Source: a virus
DNA: 64,000 bases
IMG/VR virus record: IMGVR_UViG_3300028581_000013
Reading direction: 5' to 3' (one strand)
The notes under the pieces were generated by a model. The model saw only the letters and a program-made list of their open reading frames with translations. It ran no database searches and was not told the DNA's origin. How positions within the stretch are numbered: position 1 is the first letter of the stretch; each line of letters begins with the position of its first letter. Of this stretch, positions 27,905-37,926 are shown piece by piece. The translations under genes and the position numbers were made by a program.

Positions 27905-27979
27905 AGCGGGGTAGCTCAGAGGTAGAGCATTGGACTCATAATCCAGGGGCCGTAGGTTCGATTCCTTCCCCCGCAACCA
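27905..27979 (+). tRNA. tRNA-Met(CAU), initiator-like
   Basis: AGCGGGG/CCCCGCA-A-CCA with 1:72 mismatch as in tRNA-fMet; two of three anticodon-stem G-C pairs. Confidence 0.88.
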
Positions 27980-27992
27980 ATAAGGAGATATT

Positions 27993-28136
27993 ATGACACA
28001 GCCAAAAACCAAAGGTGGAGTTTCACCAATTGAGATTCACACTATTCCTAAACCAAAAACTCCATCAACACCAAAACCAAAACAAACATTTGTTCCTAAG
28101 ATGACTGTAATGCGAAAGGCAGGTAGAGGTAGATGA
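27993..28136 (+). CDS. Small Pro/Lys-rich hypothetical protein (47 aa)
   Basis: TAAGGAG RBS; ends RKAGRGR*. Confidence 0.55.
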   Translation: MTQPKTKGGVSPIEIHTIPKPKTPSTPKPKQTFVPKMTVMRKAGRGR

Positions 28137-28300
28137 CATCCGATTTAGAGAAGTATCGTCAACAAGCTTTAGAGTTATGGTTTAATAATGGAGGTTCATG
28201 CACTGGTGCACAGCCACCTGAACCAAAAGATATTGATGATGCAATAGCTGAAGATGAAGAATTTAAACGAATAGGAAAATTAAATGATTCAAATCACTGA
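28133..28300 (+). CDS. Small hypothetical protein (55 aa)
   Basis: ATGA overlap with previous ORF. Confidence 0.45.
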   Translation: MTSDLEKYRQQALELWFNNGGSCTGAQPPEPKDIDDAIAEDEEFKRIGKLNDSNH

Positions 28301-28607
28301 TAGTGCAATAAACAAAGTAAGAGATTTATTGGTAGAAGAAAAATTACCAAATGGTGCATTACGAATGTTTGTGCAAGGTGGTGGATGTTCTGGTTATCAA
28401 TACGGATTTACATTTGATGAGGAAGTTGCAGAAGATGATTTTGTCATTGAGAATGAAGGTATCAAAGTAATTGTTGATATGATATCATCTCAATATCTAC
28501 AAGGCGCAACATTAGACTATAAAGAGGAAAAGTTTAATTCACAATTTGTAATTATTAATCCAAATGCTAAATCTACTTGTGGATGTGGTTCTTCATTTAA
28601 CGCTTAG
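28284..28607 (+). CDS. erpA: Fe-S cluster insertion protein (ErpA/IscA family)
   Basis: GGGCSGYQY and [14 protein letters not shown]. Confidence 0.93.
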   Translation: MIQITDSAINKVRDLLVEEKLPNGALRMFVQGGGCSGYQYGFTFDEEVAEDDFVIENEGIKVIVDMISSQYLQGATLDYKEEKFNSQFVIINPNAKSTCGCGSSFNA

Positions 28608-29300
28608 TTTGGCTAATCTGAATTTTTCTAATAGTTTAATATAGAACCAACCTGCATCTATTTCAAACCATTTCCTACTAAGCTTGGCGGAACCAGCATC
28701 AGCATGGTGATTATTATGAAGCTCTTCGCCACCAATAATAAGACCAATAGGGAAAACATTTCTAGATGATTCTCTTGTTTCGACATTTCTATACCCCCAA
28801 TAGTGGCCGATTCCATTGACTACACCAGCAGCCCAAAACGGAATCCATATCATTTGAATTCCCCAAGTTAATAATCCCCACCACGAAAAACAAAGTAAAT
28901 TTATTAGCAATAACAAAGTAATTCCTAGACGGGAATGTTTGCTGTAAAGGTTTTTCTCTAACCAATCATCTGGTGTTCCTCTGCCAAACGAATTAACCAT
29001 CAATTCATCCTTGGATGCTGTGTTATATAATAAAGCTCCGCCAAATAAAACTTTCCATATACCAAATAATTGAGGTGAATGTGGATCACCTTTTTGGTCA
29101 GTCATACTGTGATGCTTACGGTGAATAGCCACCCATTGTTTTGTGACCATACCTGTGGTCATCCACAACCAAAAACGAAAGAAATGATTTACTGCTGGAT
29201 GAAATGTAACCGATAAGTGAGTTTGACTACGGTGTAGATATAGAGTTACGGCGATGATTGTTAGATGAGTTGTTACTAGGACATAAATTAGTTCGTTCAT
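28593..29300 (-). CDS. Membrane fatty acid desaturase (delta-9 type)
   Basis: His boxes HRSQTH, HRKHH, HNNHH; DPHSP. Confidence 0.92.
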   Translation of the reverse strand: MNELIYVLVTTHLTIIAVTLYLHRSQTHLSVTFHPAVNHFFRFWLWMTTGMVTKQWVAIHRKHHSMTDQKGDPHSPQLFGIWKVLFGGALLYNTASKDELMVNSFGRGTPDDWLEKNLYSKHSRLGITLLLLINLLCFSWWGLLTWGIQMIWIPFWAAGVVNGIGHYWGYRNVETRESSRNVFPIGLIIGGEELHNNHHADAGSAKLSRKWFEIDAGWFYIKLLEKFRLAKLSVK

Positions 29301-29392
29301 TGGTGTGTTTCAAAAGTGTGTGTGGAAAAAACCAACAGTTGAGTATAAGATATACCCAAAAATCTATTGGATGAATTATTGACATTACTTAT

Positions 29393-29482
29393 TTAGGATA
29401 TTTTAGATATAGCTTCTAGTGCCATAAGAGTCAAACTACCAATCAATACAATTGCAAATATTACTTGCGGCAATTTATTCAT
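29393..29482 (-). CDS. Hydrophobic micropeptide (29 aa)
   Basis: GGAGG RBS; MNKLPQVIFAIVLIGSLTLMALEAISKIS*. Confidence 0.55.
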   Translation of the reverse strand: MNKLPQVIFAIVLIGSLTLMALEAISKIS

Positions 29483-29502
29483 AATACCTCCATTTCAGTT
29501 AT

Positions 29503-29580
29503 TTATTTAACCACTCCTGATTCAATTACCATTAAACATAAGCAGAATATAAGAATAAGTATGAAAACGATTGGTTGCAT
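29503..29580 (-). CDS. Hydrophobic micropeptide (25 aa)
   Basis: Starts 2 nt after upstream stop; MQPIVFILILIFCLCLMVIESGVVK*. Confidence 0.45.
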   Translation of the reverse strand: MQPIVFILILIFCLCLMVIESGVVK

Positions 29581-29582
29581 AT

Positions 29583-30023
29583 TCATTTATATAACTTAAA
29601 AAAATATGTTACCAAAGCTGCAGCCGTCATACACCACCAAAATAATTGAGCTTGTCTATTTCTGTCTTTATCCATGTATTTTAATTCATCAGCTCTATCT
29701 TTTTCCATTTTTGCTTTGGTTGCTTCAATCTCAGCCCAAGCAGTTTTACCATATTTTTTAATAGCTTCCAGTTTTAATTCATCAACTTTTCGTTGGTGAG
29801 CTTTTTCTTTTTGATATTTTTCGTAAGCCTTAAACTCTGCCATTGTGGCCAAATATTCTTGTTCCGCTTTGGCCTTCAATCTTTGGACATGCTGTTGTTG
29901 AACAGCCTTTTCCATATCCGCTTGTTGGTCGGTAACCACAGCGCTTAATTGTTTGCTTGCTCCTTGAGCAGCTTTGAGGGTATTAACGGCACTTTGGGCG
30001 CCGGCAACAATAGGGTCAGCCAT
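29583..30023 (-). CDS. Coiled-coil protein with C-terminal TM anchor
   Basis: 146 aa, helical, ends LFWWCMTAAALVTYFFKLYK. Confidence 0.7.
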   Translation of the reverse strand: MADPIVAGAQSAVNTLKAAQGASKQLSAVVTDQQADMEKAVQQQHVQRLKAKAEQEYLATMAEFKAYEKYQKEKAHQRKVDELKLEAIKKYGKTAWAEIEATKAKMEKDRADELKYMDKDRNRQAQLFWWCMTAAALVTYFFKLYK

Positions 30024-30078
30024 TTGGTTTCTTTTAGTTGTGTTATAGGAAGAATAATAAAGAATACCGAATGTCAGG

Positions 30079-30107
30079 TTGACATGGAGAGATAAATCAG
30101 ATAGAAT
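30079..30107 (+). promoter_or_regulatory. Sigma70 early promoter for the operon leading to gp43
   Basis: TTGACA-17 nt-TAGAAT. Confidence 0.75.
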
Positions 30108-30126
30108 TTCAATTCAACTACATACT

Positions 30127-30134
30127 TATTTATA
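30127..30134 (-). promoter_or_regulatory. Late promoter for the minus-strand operon
   Basis: TATAAATA on minus strand, facing the 30079 promoter. Confidence 0.6.
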
Positions 30135-30161
30135 AGAAATCATTAAAGAAAAGGTAAAAAT

Positions 30162-30476
30162 ATGAAGATACTGGCTATGAAACTCATTACCGGAGAAGAA
30201 GTTTTGGGTGAAATTGAATCCGAATCGGAAACTGAATTTGTCATTGAAAACCCAGTCGGTATCTCTATTGTACGAGATCCAAAAACTGGTCAACCAAACA
30301 TTGGTTTTTCACCATTTCCATTACATGCCGAACAAAAAACTGGTGCCACGCTTGCCATCAGTAAGAAAAATGTAGTATACTCCTACAATCCAGCAGAAGA
30401 TTTTATTAATAATTACAATTCAATCTTTGGTTCTGGAATCGTTGTTCCTCCAACCAAATCACTAATTACAGGTTAA
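30162..30476 (+). CDS. Conserved hypothetical protein (Sm-like)
   Basis: MKLITGEEVLGE, YNSIFGSGIVVP. Confidence 0.7.
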   Translation: MKILAMKLITGEEVLGEIESESETEFVIENPVGISIVRDPKTGQPNIGFSPFPLHAEQKTGATLAISKKNVVYSYNPAEDFINNYNSIFGSGIVVPPTKSLITG

Positions 30477-30664
30477 TGGTACTAGAAAAATCAATCATTC
30501 GTACCGCAAAATGGGATAAAGAGAATAGTTCTTGGGATATTAAAGAGTCATTAAATTATCAATGGTTCACCCTAAATAATACACCGAAGTCACCTCTTTA
30601 CACAGAGCTATCAGACGCTCTACAATGGATCATTGAATATGACCGAAATAAAAACCTATCGTAG
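30476..30664 (+). CDS. Hypothetical protein
   Basis: 62 aa, coupled to upstream stop. Confidence 0.5.
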   Translation: MVLEKSIIRTAKWDKENSSWDIKESLNYQWFTLNNTPKSPLYTELSDALQWIIEYDRNKNLS

Positions 30665-31397
30665 TATCTTTATTTCCGATGTTCACCTCGGTACCAGAGA
30701 TTGCCAAGCAGAAAAACTTAATAATTTTTTAAAGCACAATACTTGTGATACACTCTATCTTATTGGTGATATTATTGATGCTTGGAAAATTCAACAAAAC
30801 AAATGGCGTTGGAAACAATCACATTCAAATGTGGTTAGAAGAATTCTTGGCCACGCAAAAAGAGGTACTCGTGTGGTTTATGTGGCCGGTAATCATGATG
30901 AATTTTTACGACCAATGATACCATATGATTTAAGTTTTGGTTCTATTCAAATATGTAATCAGACAGAACATATTGATGCAAATGGCAAAAGATTTCTGGT
31001 AACTCACGGAGATTTGTTTGATGGTATTTCAAAAATAGCACCATGGCTTGCCTTTCTTGGTGATAAGTTGTATGATATGGTCTTAAACTGGAATTCGGCC
31101 TTTAATTCTTTTCGCCGTAAGTTTGGACTAGGTTATTGGTCACTTTCCAAGTATCTAAAATATAAAGTCAAATCATCTGTTGATTTTTTATTAGGATTTG
31201 AAAAGAATATTTCAGAATATTGTAAGAAAAAAGGATTTGATGGTGTAATATGTGGTCATATTCATCATGCAGAAATAAAAGAGTTGAATGGTATATTGTA
31301 TATGAATGACGGTGATTGGGTAGAATCTTGCACCGCTTTAGTGGAACATCATGACGGCACATGGCAAATTGTGCATTGGACGAAAGAAAAAGATTGA
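30639..31397 (+). CDS. UDP-2,3-diacylglucosamine diphosphatase-like metallophosphoesterase (LpxH family)
   Basis: SDVHLG, GDIID, GNHD, HGD, CGHIH, YMNDGDWVES. Confidence 0.82.
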   Translation: MTEIKTYRSIFISDVHLGTRDCQAEKLNNFLKHNTCDTLYLIGDIIDAWKIQQNKWRWKQSHSNVVRRILGHAKRGTRVVYVAGNHDEFLRPMIPYDLSFGSIQICNQTEHIDANGKRFLVTHGDLFDGISKIAPWLAFLGDKLYDMVLNWNSAFNSFRRKFGLGYWSLSKYLKYKVKSSVDFLLGFEKNISEYCKKKGFDGVICGHIHHAEIKELNGILYMNDGDWVESCTALVEHHDGTWQIVHWTKEKD

Positions 31398-33928
31398 GTA
31401 ATTTTTATACTAATGTGCAGAGTATCGGTGGCAACATACTCTATCGTGGAATACAAAACGGCAAGAAAATAAAGACAAAGGTTGAGTATGCTCCATCTTT
31501 GTTTTTGCCATCCAAAAAAATCACCAACTTCACAAGTCTTGAGGGTGATTACCTAGACGAGAAAAAGTTTCCATCAATCAAAACAGCCAGAGATTATATC
31601 AAACAATTTGAAGGTGTTTCTAGTGCATCAAAGATTTATGGCCAAACTCGATTTGAATATGCCTTTATTGCCGACCAACATCAAGGTATGGTTGATTATG
31701 ATTATGAAAAAGTATCAATCGCTGTAATCGATATTGAAGTCGGTTCTGAGAATGGCTTTCCTGATCCATACGAAGCAAACGAACCCATCACAGCAATCTG
31801 TTTAAAATTTCTCAATGGCAAACCAATCGTATTTGGCTGTGGTGAATATCAAGTTGAAGAAGGTGAAATCTATATTCGTTGTAAAGATGAATACAATCTT
31901 TGTAAGAAATTTCTTGAGTTTTGGAAAGACAAATATCCAGATATCGTAACTGGCTGGAACACCAAGTTCTTTGATATACCATATCTCATCAATCGTTTTC
32001 GCAAGATTCTAGGTGACGATGAAGTCAAGAAACTATCACCATGGAATTTCATTACAGAACGCAAAGCATATGTAAACAATCGACAGTTGATTGATTACAC
32101 ACTTGTTGGACTATCTTCACTTGATTACATTGAACTATACAAATGGTACGCACCGGGTGGTAAGTCACAAGAGTCATATCGTTTGGATAATATCGCACAA
32201 GTAGAACTTGGTGAAGGCAAGATTGCATATGATGAATATGATAACCTTCATTCTTTGTATCGATTAAACTTTCAAAAGTTTATTGAGTACAACATTAAAG
32301 ACGTTGAACTCATTATCAAACTTGAAGATAAATTAAAACTGCTTGAACTGGCAGTAACTCTTGCATACGATACCAAATCAAACTTTGAAGATGTGTTTGC
32401 TCAAACTCGTATGTGGGACGCTCTAACATATTCTTATCTCCGTGATAAAGATATTATTGTTCCACCACGAGTAGTCAAAGATAAAGATGCAGCATTTGAA
32501 GGTGCCTATGTTAAAGTACCGCAAGTTGGTCTCCATAATTGGGTTGCTTCATTTGATTTGAACTCTCTATATCCACATTTGATGATGCAGTATAATATCT
32601 CACCCGAAACACTCATTGAACCAGAGAATTATACAGATGAAATGCGTGAGATTCTTTCACAAGGCGTTTCTGTTGATGGACTTTTGAAAAAAGGAATTGA
32701 TACTTCAAAATTAAAAGGTGCAACACTAACACCTAATGGCCAATTCTTTCGCACTGATTTTCAAGGTTTCTTGCCTAAGATGATGGAAGAAATGTATACA
32801 GACAGAAGTAAGTTTAAGAAGTTGATGTTACAAGCAAAACAGGAATATGAAAATGAAACAGATAGCTCGAAGAAATATGAAATTGAGAAACGAATCGCCA
32901 AATATAACAACATTCAGTTGGCAAAAAAAGTATCTCTCAACTCTGCTTATGGTGCTTTGGGTAGTCAGTATTTCCGTTTCTACGATTTGCGGATGGCTCT
33001 TGGCGTCACTACTGCTGGCCAATTAAGTATTCGTTGGATCGAAAATAAAATTAACGATTACATGAATAAATTATTAAAGAGTGAGAAAGATTATGTTATT
33101 GCATCGGATACAGATTCGATTTATCTCAACCTTGGCCCATTGGTTGATAGTATTGTTAAAACAAAAACAGAAATTACTAAAGTTATCTCCATCATGGATC
33201 GTGTTTGTGAAGATAAAATTCAACCTTTTATTGATAAAAGTTATCAGGAACTTGCAGAATATGTGTGTGCATTTTCCCAAAAAATGGAAATGAAACGAGA
33301 AGGCCTTTCTAACAAAGGTATCTGGACTGCCAAGAAACGATATATTTTGAATGTCTATAATAACGAAGGTGTACAATACAAAGAACCACAGATGAAAGTC
33401 ATGGGTCTAGAGATGATTAAATCTTCCACACCTTCCGCTATTCGTGAGAAAATGAAAGAAGCAATTCAATTAATGGTGAGTGGCACAGAGAATGATATCC
33501 ACAAATTCATTGAAGATTTTAGAAAAGAATTTAAAAAACTACCTGTCGAAGAAATTTCATTTCCTCGTGGACTCAATGGTCTAAATACTTATTCTGATTC
33601 ATTGTCTTTATATAAAAAAGGAACACCAATTCATGTTAAAGGTGCTATTCTTTATAATCATAATTTAAATTTAAAAAATCTAACCAAAAAATATCCACTC
33701 ATTCAAGAGGGTGAAAAAGTTAAATTCACCTATCTAAAGATGCCAAATCCATTTAAAGATACTGTTATTTCTTATCCATCTCGTTTACCAAAAGAGTTTG
33801 AATTGCAACAGTATATTGATTATGATATGCAGTTTGAAAAAGCATTCCTAGAACCAATCAAAGTAATTCTTGATTGCATGGGTTGGCGAGTAGAAAAAAC
33901 AAGTTCAATAGAGGATTTCTTCTCATGA
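31394..33928 (+). CDS. gp43: Family B DNA polymerase gp43
   Basis: DIEV exonuclease, SFDLNSLYP, KVSLNSAYG, SDTDS; probable TTG start. Confidence 0.98.
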   Translation: MSNFYTNVQSIGGNILYRGIQNGKKIKTKVEYAPSLFLPSKKITNFTSLEGDYLDEKKFPSIKTARDYIKQFEGVSSASKIYGQTRFEYAFIADQHQGMVDYDYEKVSIAVIDIEVGSENGFPDPYEANEPITAICLKFLNGKPIVFGCGEYQVEEGEIYIRCKDEYNLCKKFLEFWKDKYPDIVTGWNTKFFDIPYLINRFRKILGDDEVKKLSPWNFITERKAYVNNRQLIDYTLVGLSSLDYIELYKWYAPGGKSQESYRLDNIAQVELGEGKIAYDEYDNLHSLYRLNFQKFIEYNIKDVELIIKLEDKLKLLELAVTLAYDTKSNFEDVFAQTRMWDALTYSYLRDKDIIVPPRVVKDKDAAFEGAYVKVPQVGLHNWVASFDLNSLYPHLMMQYNISPETLIEPENYTDEMREILSQGVSVDGLLKKGIDTSKLKGATLTPNGQFFRTDFQGFLPKMMEEMYTDRSKFKKLMLQAKQEYENETDSSKKYEIEKRIAKYNNIQLAKKVSLNSAYGALGSQYFRFYDLRMALGVTTAGQLSIRWIENKINDYMNKLLKSEKDYVIASDTDSIYLNLGPLVDSIVKTKTEITKVISIMDRVCEDKIQPFIDKSYQELAEYVCAFSQKMEMKREGLSNKGIWTAKKRYILNVYNNEGVQYKEPQMKVMGLEMIKSSTPSAIREKMKEAIQLMVSGTENDIHKFIEDFRKEFKKLPVEEISFPRGLNGLNTYSDSLSLYKKGTPIHVKGAILYNHNLNLKNLTKKYPLIQEGEKVKFTYLKMPNPFKDTVISYPSRLPKEFELQQYIDYDMQFEKAFLEPIKVILDCMGWRVEKTSSIEDFFS

Positions 33929-34935
33929 TTATTCTAACATTATTATCAGCATTATTGTTATCTGGTATTGCAGCTTACTATTCGATTATTGGATTGGCTG
34001 CAATTTTTACCGGAGCATTTTGGCCAATCGTTTTTATGGGTTCGGTTCTTGAGATGAGTAAATTAGTTACTGCATCATGGTTATATCGTAATTGGAAAAC
34101 CTGCCCACTTTTATTAAAATCTTATTTGACATCCGCTGTTGTTATATTAATGATAATTACCAGTATGGGTATTTTTGGATTCTTATCGAAAGCTCACATA
34201 GATTCCACACTAGAAGCTGGTGCAAACTCGGTTGAAATACGAACACTCAATCAACAAGAAAAGATTGCGAAAGAACGTTTAGATTATTTACTGAAACGTG
34301 CTGGTAATCCAGAAACGGCATCAGCCAATGTTGATAAACAAATTCAACAAACACAAAAAGAATTGACAGATATTAACAAAAGAAAATTGCCACTTCTTAA
34401 AGAGGAAAATAAGTTAATTGCCGAAGTTGGTCCTATTAAGTATATTGGTGATATGGTATATGGAACTGAAGATAACAATGCCATTGACAAAGCAGTTCGT
34501 TTGGTAATATTGTTAATAATGGTTGTATTTGACCCCTTAGCTGTGTTATTATTGATAGCAGCAAATATGTCATTACAACAAAGAAATGGTATAACTGATA
34601 AAAAAGAAGAAATCATTACTGTTGTACCAGATGTTCCGGTATTTACTGAAAAGAAACCGGACGAAGAAATAGAGAATGATAGAGTTGAAATACCTAAAAA
34701 CAATATTACTTCAATTGACGAAAATGAACAAAAAGAAATTGTAATTGATGCGGCTTCAGGAGAAACTATACCTCCATTAACGGTGCATCAATCACCAGGT
34801 GTTTACACGGAATTTCATGAAGCGGAACAACCAGTTAAAAAATTAGAACCTAAGTATGATTATGAAGAAGAATTTGCTTTTAAAGAAAAAGAAAAAAAAG
34901 CAAAACAAGTTAAATTGGATGGTGGTGACTTTTAA
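33925..34935 (+). CDS. Conserved membrane protein with coiled coil
   Basis: N-terminal TMs (AAYYSIIGL, TSMGIFGFLSKAH), EVGPIKY, VFDPLAVLLLIAAN. Confidence 0.75.
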   Translation: MIILTLLSALLLSGIAAYYSIIGLAAIFTGAFWPIVFMGSVLEMSKLVTASWLYRNWKTCPLLLKSYLTSAVVILMIITSMGIFGFLSKAHIDSTLEAGANSVEIRTLNQQEKIAKERLDYLLKRAGNPETASANVDKQIQQTQKELTDINKRKLPLLKEENKLIAEVGPIKYIGDMVYGTEDNNAIDKAVRLVILLIMVVFDPLAVLLLIAANMSLQQRNGITDKKEEIITVVPDVPVFTEKKPDEEIENDRVEIPKNNITSIDENEQKEIVIDAASGETIPPLTVHQSPGVYTEFHEAEQPVKKLEPKYDYEEEFAFKEKEKKAKQVKLDGGDF

Positions 34936-34944
34936 AGGAATGTT

Positions 34945-36027
34945 ATGAGTATATTAGATAAAATTAAAAAAAATAGTAGTATTAAAGAATCAGCAATTCT
35001 TTCTAAATCGAAATTCTTTACACAAAAGGATATGATTCCGACATCTGTGCCAATTATTAATGTGGCGCTTTCTGGTCGTTTAGATGGAGGCCTAACACCA
35101 GGTCTTACAATGTGGGCCGGCCCATCTAAACATTTTAAAACTGCTTTTAGTTTACTAATGGCAAAAAGTTATTTGGACAAATATGATGATGCAGCGTTAT
35201 TATTCTATGATTCTGAGTTTGGTACTCCTCAGTCTTATTTTGATAGCTTTGGTATTGATACCAACAGAGTTCTACATACACCTCTTACTGATATTGAACA
35301 ATTAAAATTTGATATCATGCAACAGTTAACCAATCTCGAAAGAGGTGATAGGTTGATTATTGTTATCGATTCAATTGGTAATTTGGCTTCAAAGAAAGAA
35401 GTTGAAGATGCTCTAGAAGGTAAATCAGTTGCCGATATGTCCCGTGCCAAACAAGTTAAAAGTTTATTTCGCATGGTGACACCGCATCTCACAATGAAAG
35501 ATGTTCCAATGATTGTGGTAAATCATACATATAAAGAGATTGGTATGTTCCCTAAAGATATCGTTGGTGGTGGAACAGGTTCATATTATTCAGCTGACAA
35601 CATTTTTATTATTGGTCGCCAGCAAGAAAAAGAAGGCACAGAGGTTGTTGGTTACAACTTCATAATTAACGTGGAGAAATCACGCTATGTTAAAGAAAAA
35701 TCTAAAATTCCTGTTACTGTTTCTTTTGATGGGGGTGTTAGCCGGTGGTCAGGCTTACTTGATTTGGCACTTGATTCAGGCCTTGTCGTTAAGCCTTCTA
35801 ACGGGTGGTACAGTAGAGTTGATATTTCTACCGGTGAAATAGAAGCAAAGAAATATAGAATAAAAGAAACAGACACCAAAGATTTTTGGATGCCTATTAT
35901 CACCAGTAAAAAGTTTCAAGATTATGTAACGGACAAATATCAAATTGCAGCTGGTGAAATTATGCAAGGCGGTGTTGATAATTTATTTGATGAGATTGTT
36001 ACCATGAATGGGACTGAGAATGAGTAA
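34945..36027 (+). CDS. uvsX: RecA-like recombinase UvsX
   Basis: AGPSKHFKT, YDSEFG, DSIGNLAS, GGGTG. Confidence 0.97.
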   Translation: MSILDKIKKNSSIKESAILSKSKFFTQKDMIPTSVPIINVALSGRLDGGLTPGLTMWAGPSKHFKTAFSLLMAKSYLDKYDDAALLFYDSEFGTPQSYFDSFGIDTNRVLHTPLTDIEQLKFDIMQQLTNLERGDRLIIVIDSIGNLASKKEVEDALEGKSVADMSRAKQVKSLFRMVTPHLTMKDVPMIVVNHTYKEIGMFPKDIVGGGTGSYYSADNIFIIGRQQEKEGTEVVGYNFIINVEKSRYVKEKSKIPVTVSFDGGVSRWSGLLDLALDSGLVVKPSNGWYSRVDISTGEIEAKKYRIKETDTKDFWMPIITSKKFQDYVTDKYQIAAGEIMQGGVDNLFDEIVTMNGTENE

Positions 36028-36262
36028 TGAAGATGCTAAATTAAAACATTCCAAGCGTATTCAAAAAACTCAAAATCAAATTAAAAAACAAACTAAGATT
36101 GCCAAATCACATGGTATGCCGGTGGATGAACCACACAAATTCGCCAAACATCATGCGATGGACTGTGGTAATCCTGATTGTGTAATGTGTGGTAACCCCA
36201 GAAAAGTGTGGAGAGAAAAAACCATACAAGAAAAAAGATTTGACGAGGTGAAAGATGATTGA
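36020..36262 (+). CDS. Hypothetical protein with CxxxxCxxC motif
   Basis: HHAMDCGNPDCVMCGNPR. Confidence 0.65.
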   Translation: MSNEDAKLKHSKRIQKTQNQIKKQTKIAKSHGMPVDEPHKFAKHHAMDCGNPDCVMCGNPRKVWREKTIQEKRFDEVKDD

Positions 36263-36578
36263 AGGAGTAGATTACTGTTTCATTTACCCAAAAAATGATG
36301 AAACTGCCGTACACATTAAATTTTTAGATGGTCCATATAAAAATACCACATTTAAATATGGTAAGGTAAAATTTAAAGAAGAAGATCAACAGGTGTATTT
36401 ACTTTTTGCTTATGATGTGATAGAATCCACAGTAGACAAGCCAAGAAAGTTGGAAAAAGATACTGATTTTAAAAATTACATTGGTAATTTATTGGTAGAA
36501 ATTATGGGTAGTAACATTGAACAGGAAATAATTGATGAAGCTGGAACAAACGATATTGAAGAACCTCGTTTACAATGA
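36255..36578 (+). CDS. Hypothetical protein in the gp40 (head vertex chaperone) position
   Basis: Between uvsX and gp41; function inferred from synteny only. Confidence 0.5.
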   Translation: MIEGVDYCFIYPKNDETAVHIKFLDGPYKNTTFKYGKVKFKEEDQQVYLLFAYDVIESTVDKPRKLEKDTDFKNYIGNLLVEIMGSNIEQEIIDEAGTNDIEEPRLQ

Positions 36579-37926
36579 GGAATATTTACGAAAAGTTTTA
36601 CCATTTTTAAAGACAGAATATTTTAGTGATAATGTAGAGAGAACATTATTTAATGAAATTACATCATTCACGGAGACTTACAATAACACGGCAACGATTG
36701 AAGCACTTAGTATTGCCGTCAAAGAAAAGAGAAATCTTACAGCTGATGAAGTTCAGAGATGCGAGGACTATCTTCTCGAAATTGAAAAGATTAAGTCTAC
36801 AGAAACCGAGGTTCAATGGCTTGTTGATAAGACCGAAAAATTCTGTCAAGAGAAGGCCATATATAACGCAGTATTGGGGTCTATTTCGATTCTCGATGGC
36901 AAAGATAAAAATCACGACAAAGGCCAGATTCCCAAGATATTATCGGACGCTTTAGCAGTAAGTTTTGATAACTCCGTTGGCCATGACTACTTACAGGACT
37001 CAGATGCTCGATATGAATTCTATCACAGAAAAGAGGAACGAATCCCATTCGACCTCGATTACTTTAACAAGATCACAAAAGGTGGTTTACCAGCTAAGAC
37101 GCTTAACATTGCTTTGGCGGGGACTGGTGTTGGTAAATCTCTTTTTATGTGTCATGTGGCTGCTTCGTGCATGGTTCAGGGTAAAAATGTCCTTTACATC
37201 ACTTTGGAAATGAGTGAAGAAAAGATTGCAGAACGAATTGATGCCAATCTATTGAATGTTACTATTGATGATTTGATTGAGTTACCAAAAGATATGTATG
37301 ATAAAAAAGTTAATCGTGTCCGTGAAAAGACTACAGGCAAACTTATTATCAAAGAATATCCAACCGCTTCAGCATCAACTATTCATTTTAGGACACTATT
37401 AAATGAACTTAATCTCAAGAGGTCTTTTGTACCTGACATTATATTTGTTGACTATCTCAATATTTGTTGTTCTGCTCGTATTAAGGCTGGCGCAAATATT
37501 AATTCCTACACCTACGTTAAAGCAATTGCAGAAGAATTACGTGGCCTTGCTGTTGAGTATAATGTTCCTATTGTATCTGCTACACAAACTACCCGCTCAG
37601 GATTTACTTCCAGTGATCCGGGACTTGAGGATACGAGTGAGTCGTTCGGACTTCCCGCCACCGCAGACTTGATGTTCGCTTTGATTTCTTCTGAAGAACT
37701 AGAAGAACTTGGTCAGATTATGGTTAAACAATTGAAGAATCGATATAATGATCCAACATTCCACAAACGATTTACTCTTGGTGTTGATAGATCCAAAATG
37801 AAACTATATGATGTTGAACAGGCTGCACAAATGGGTATCGCAGATGCTGGCCACGATAAGCCTTTGAACACATTTGGTACCAGAGAAGATAGACCAAAGA
37901 AATCATTTAGTGGATTTAAAGTATGA
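36535..37926 (+). CDS. gp41: Replicative helicase gp41
   Basis: AGTGVGKS, LEMSEE, VDYLNI, ATQTTR, SESFGLPATAD, QLKNRY. Confidence 0.97.
   Translation: MKLEQTILKNLVYNEEYLRKVLPFLKTEYFSDNVERTLFNEITSFTETYNNTATIEALSIAVKEKRNLTADEVQRCEDYLLEIEKIKSTETEVQWLVDKTEKFCQEKAIYNAVLGSISILDGKDKNHDKGQIPKILSDALAVSFDNSVGHDYLQDSDARYEFYHRKEERIPFDLDYFNKITKGGLPAKTLNIALAGTGVGKSLFMCHVAASCMVQGKNVLYITLEMSEEKIAERIDANLLNVTIDDLIELPKDMYDKKVNRVREKTTGKLIIKEYPTASASTIHFRTLLNELNLKRSFVPDIIFVDYLNICCSARIKAGANINSYTYVKAIAEELRGLAVEYNVPIVSATQTTRSGFTSSDPGLEDTSESFGLPATADLMFALISSEELEELGQIMVKQLKNRYNDPTFHKRFTLGVDRSKMKLYDVEQAAQMGIADAGHDKPLNTFGTREDRPKKSFSGFKV

Noticed and set aside
29227-29385. Possible further minus-strand ORF (MSIIHPIDFW...) overlapping the desaturase start
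   Set aside because: No clear RBS and long overlap; cannot be supported
31394-33928. Introns or inteins in gp43 (also checked gp41, nrdA, thyX)
   Set aside because: ORFs are continuous, of ordinary length and lack intein motifs
36653-37672. Several +1-frame ORFs inside helicase gp41
   Set aside because: Same shadow-frame effect; no motifs or clear translation signals
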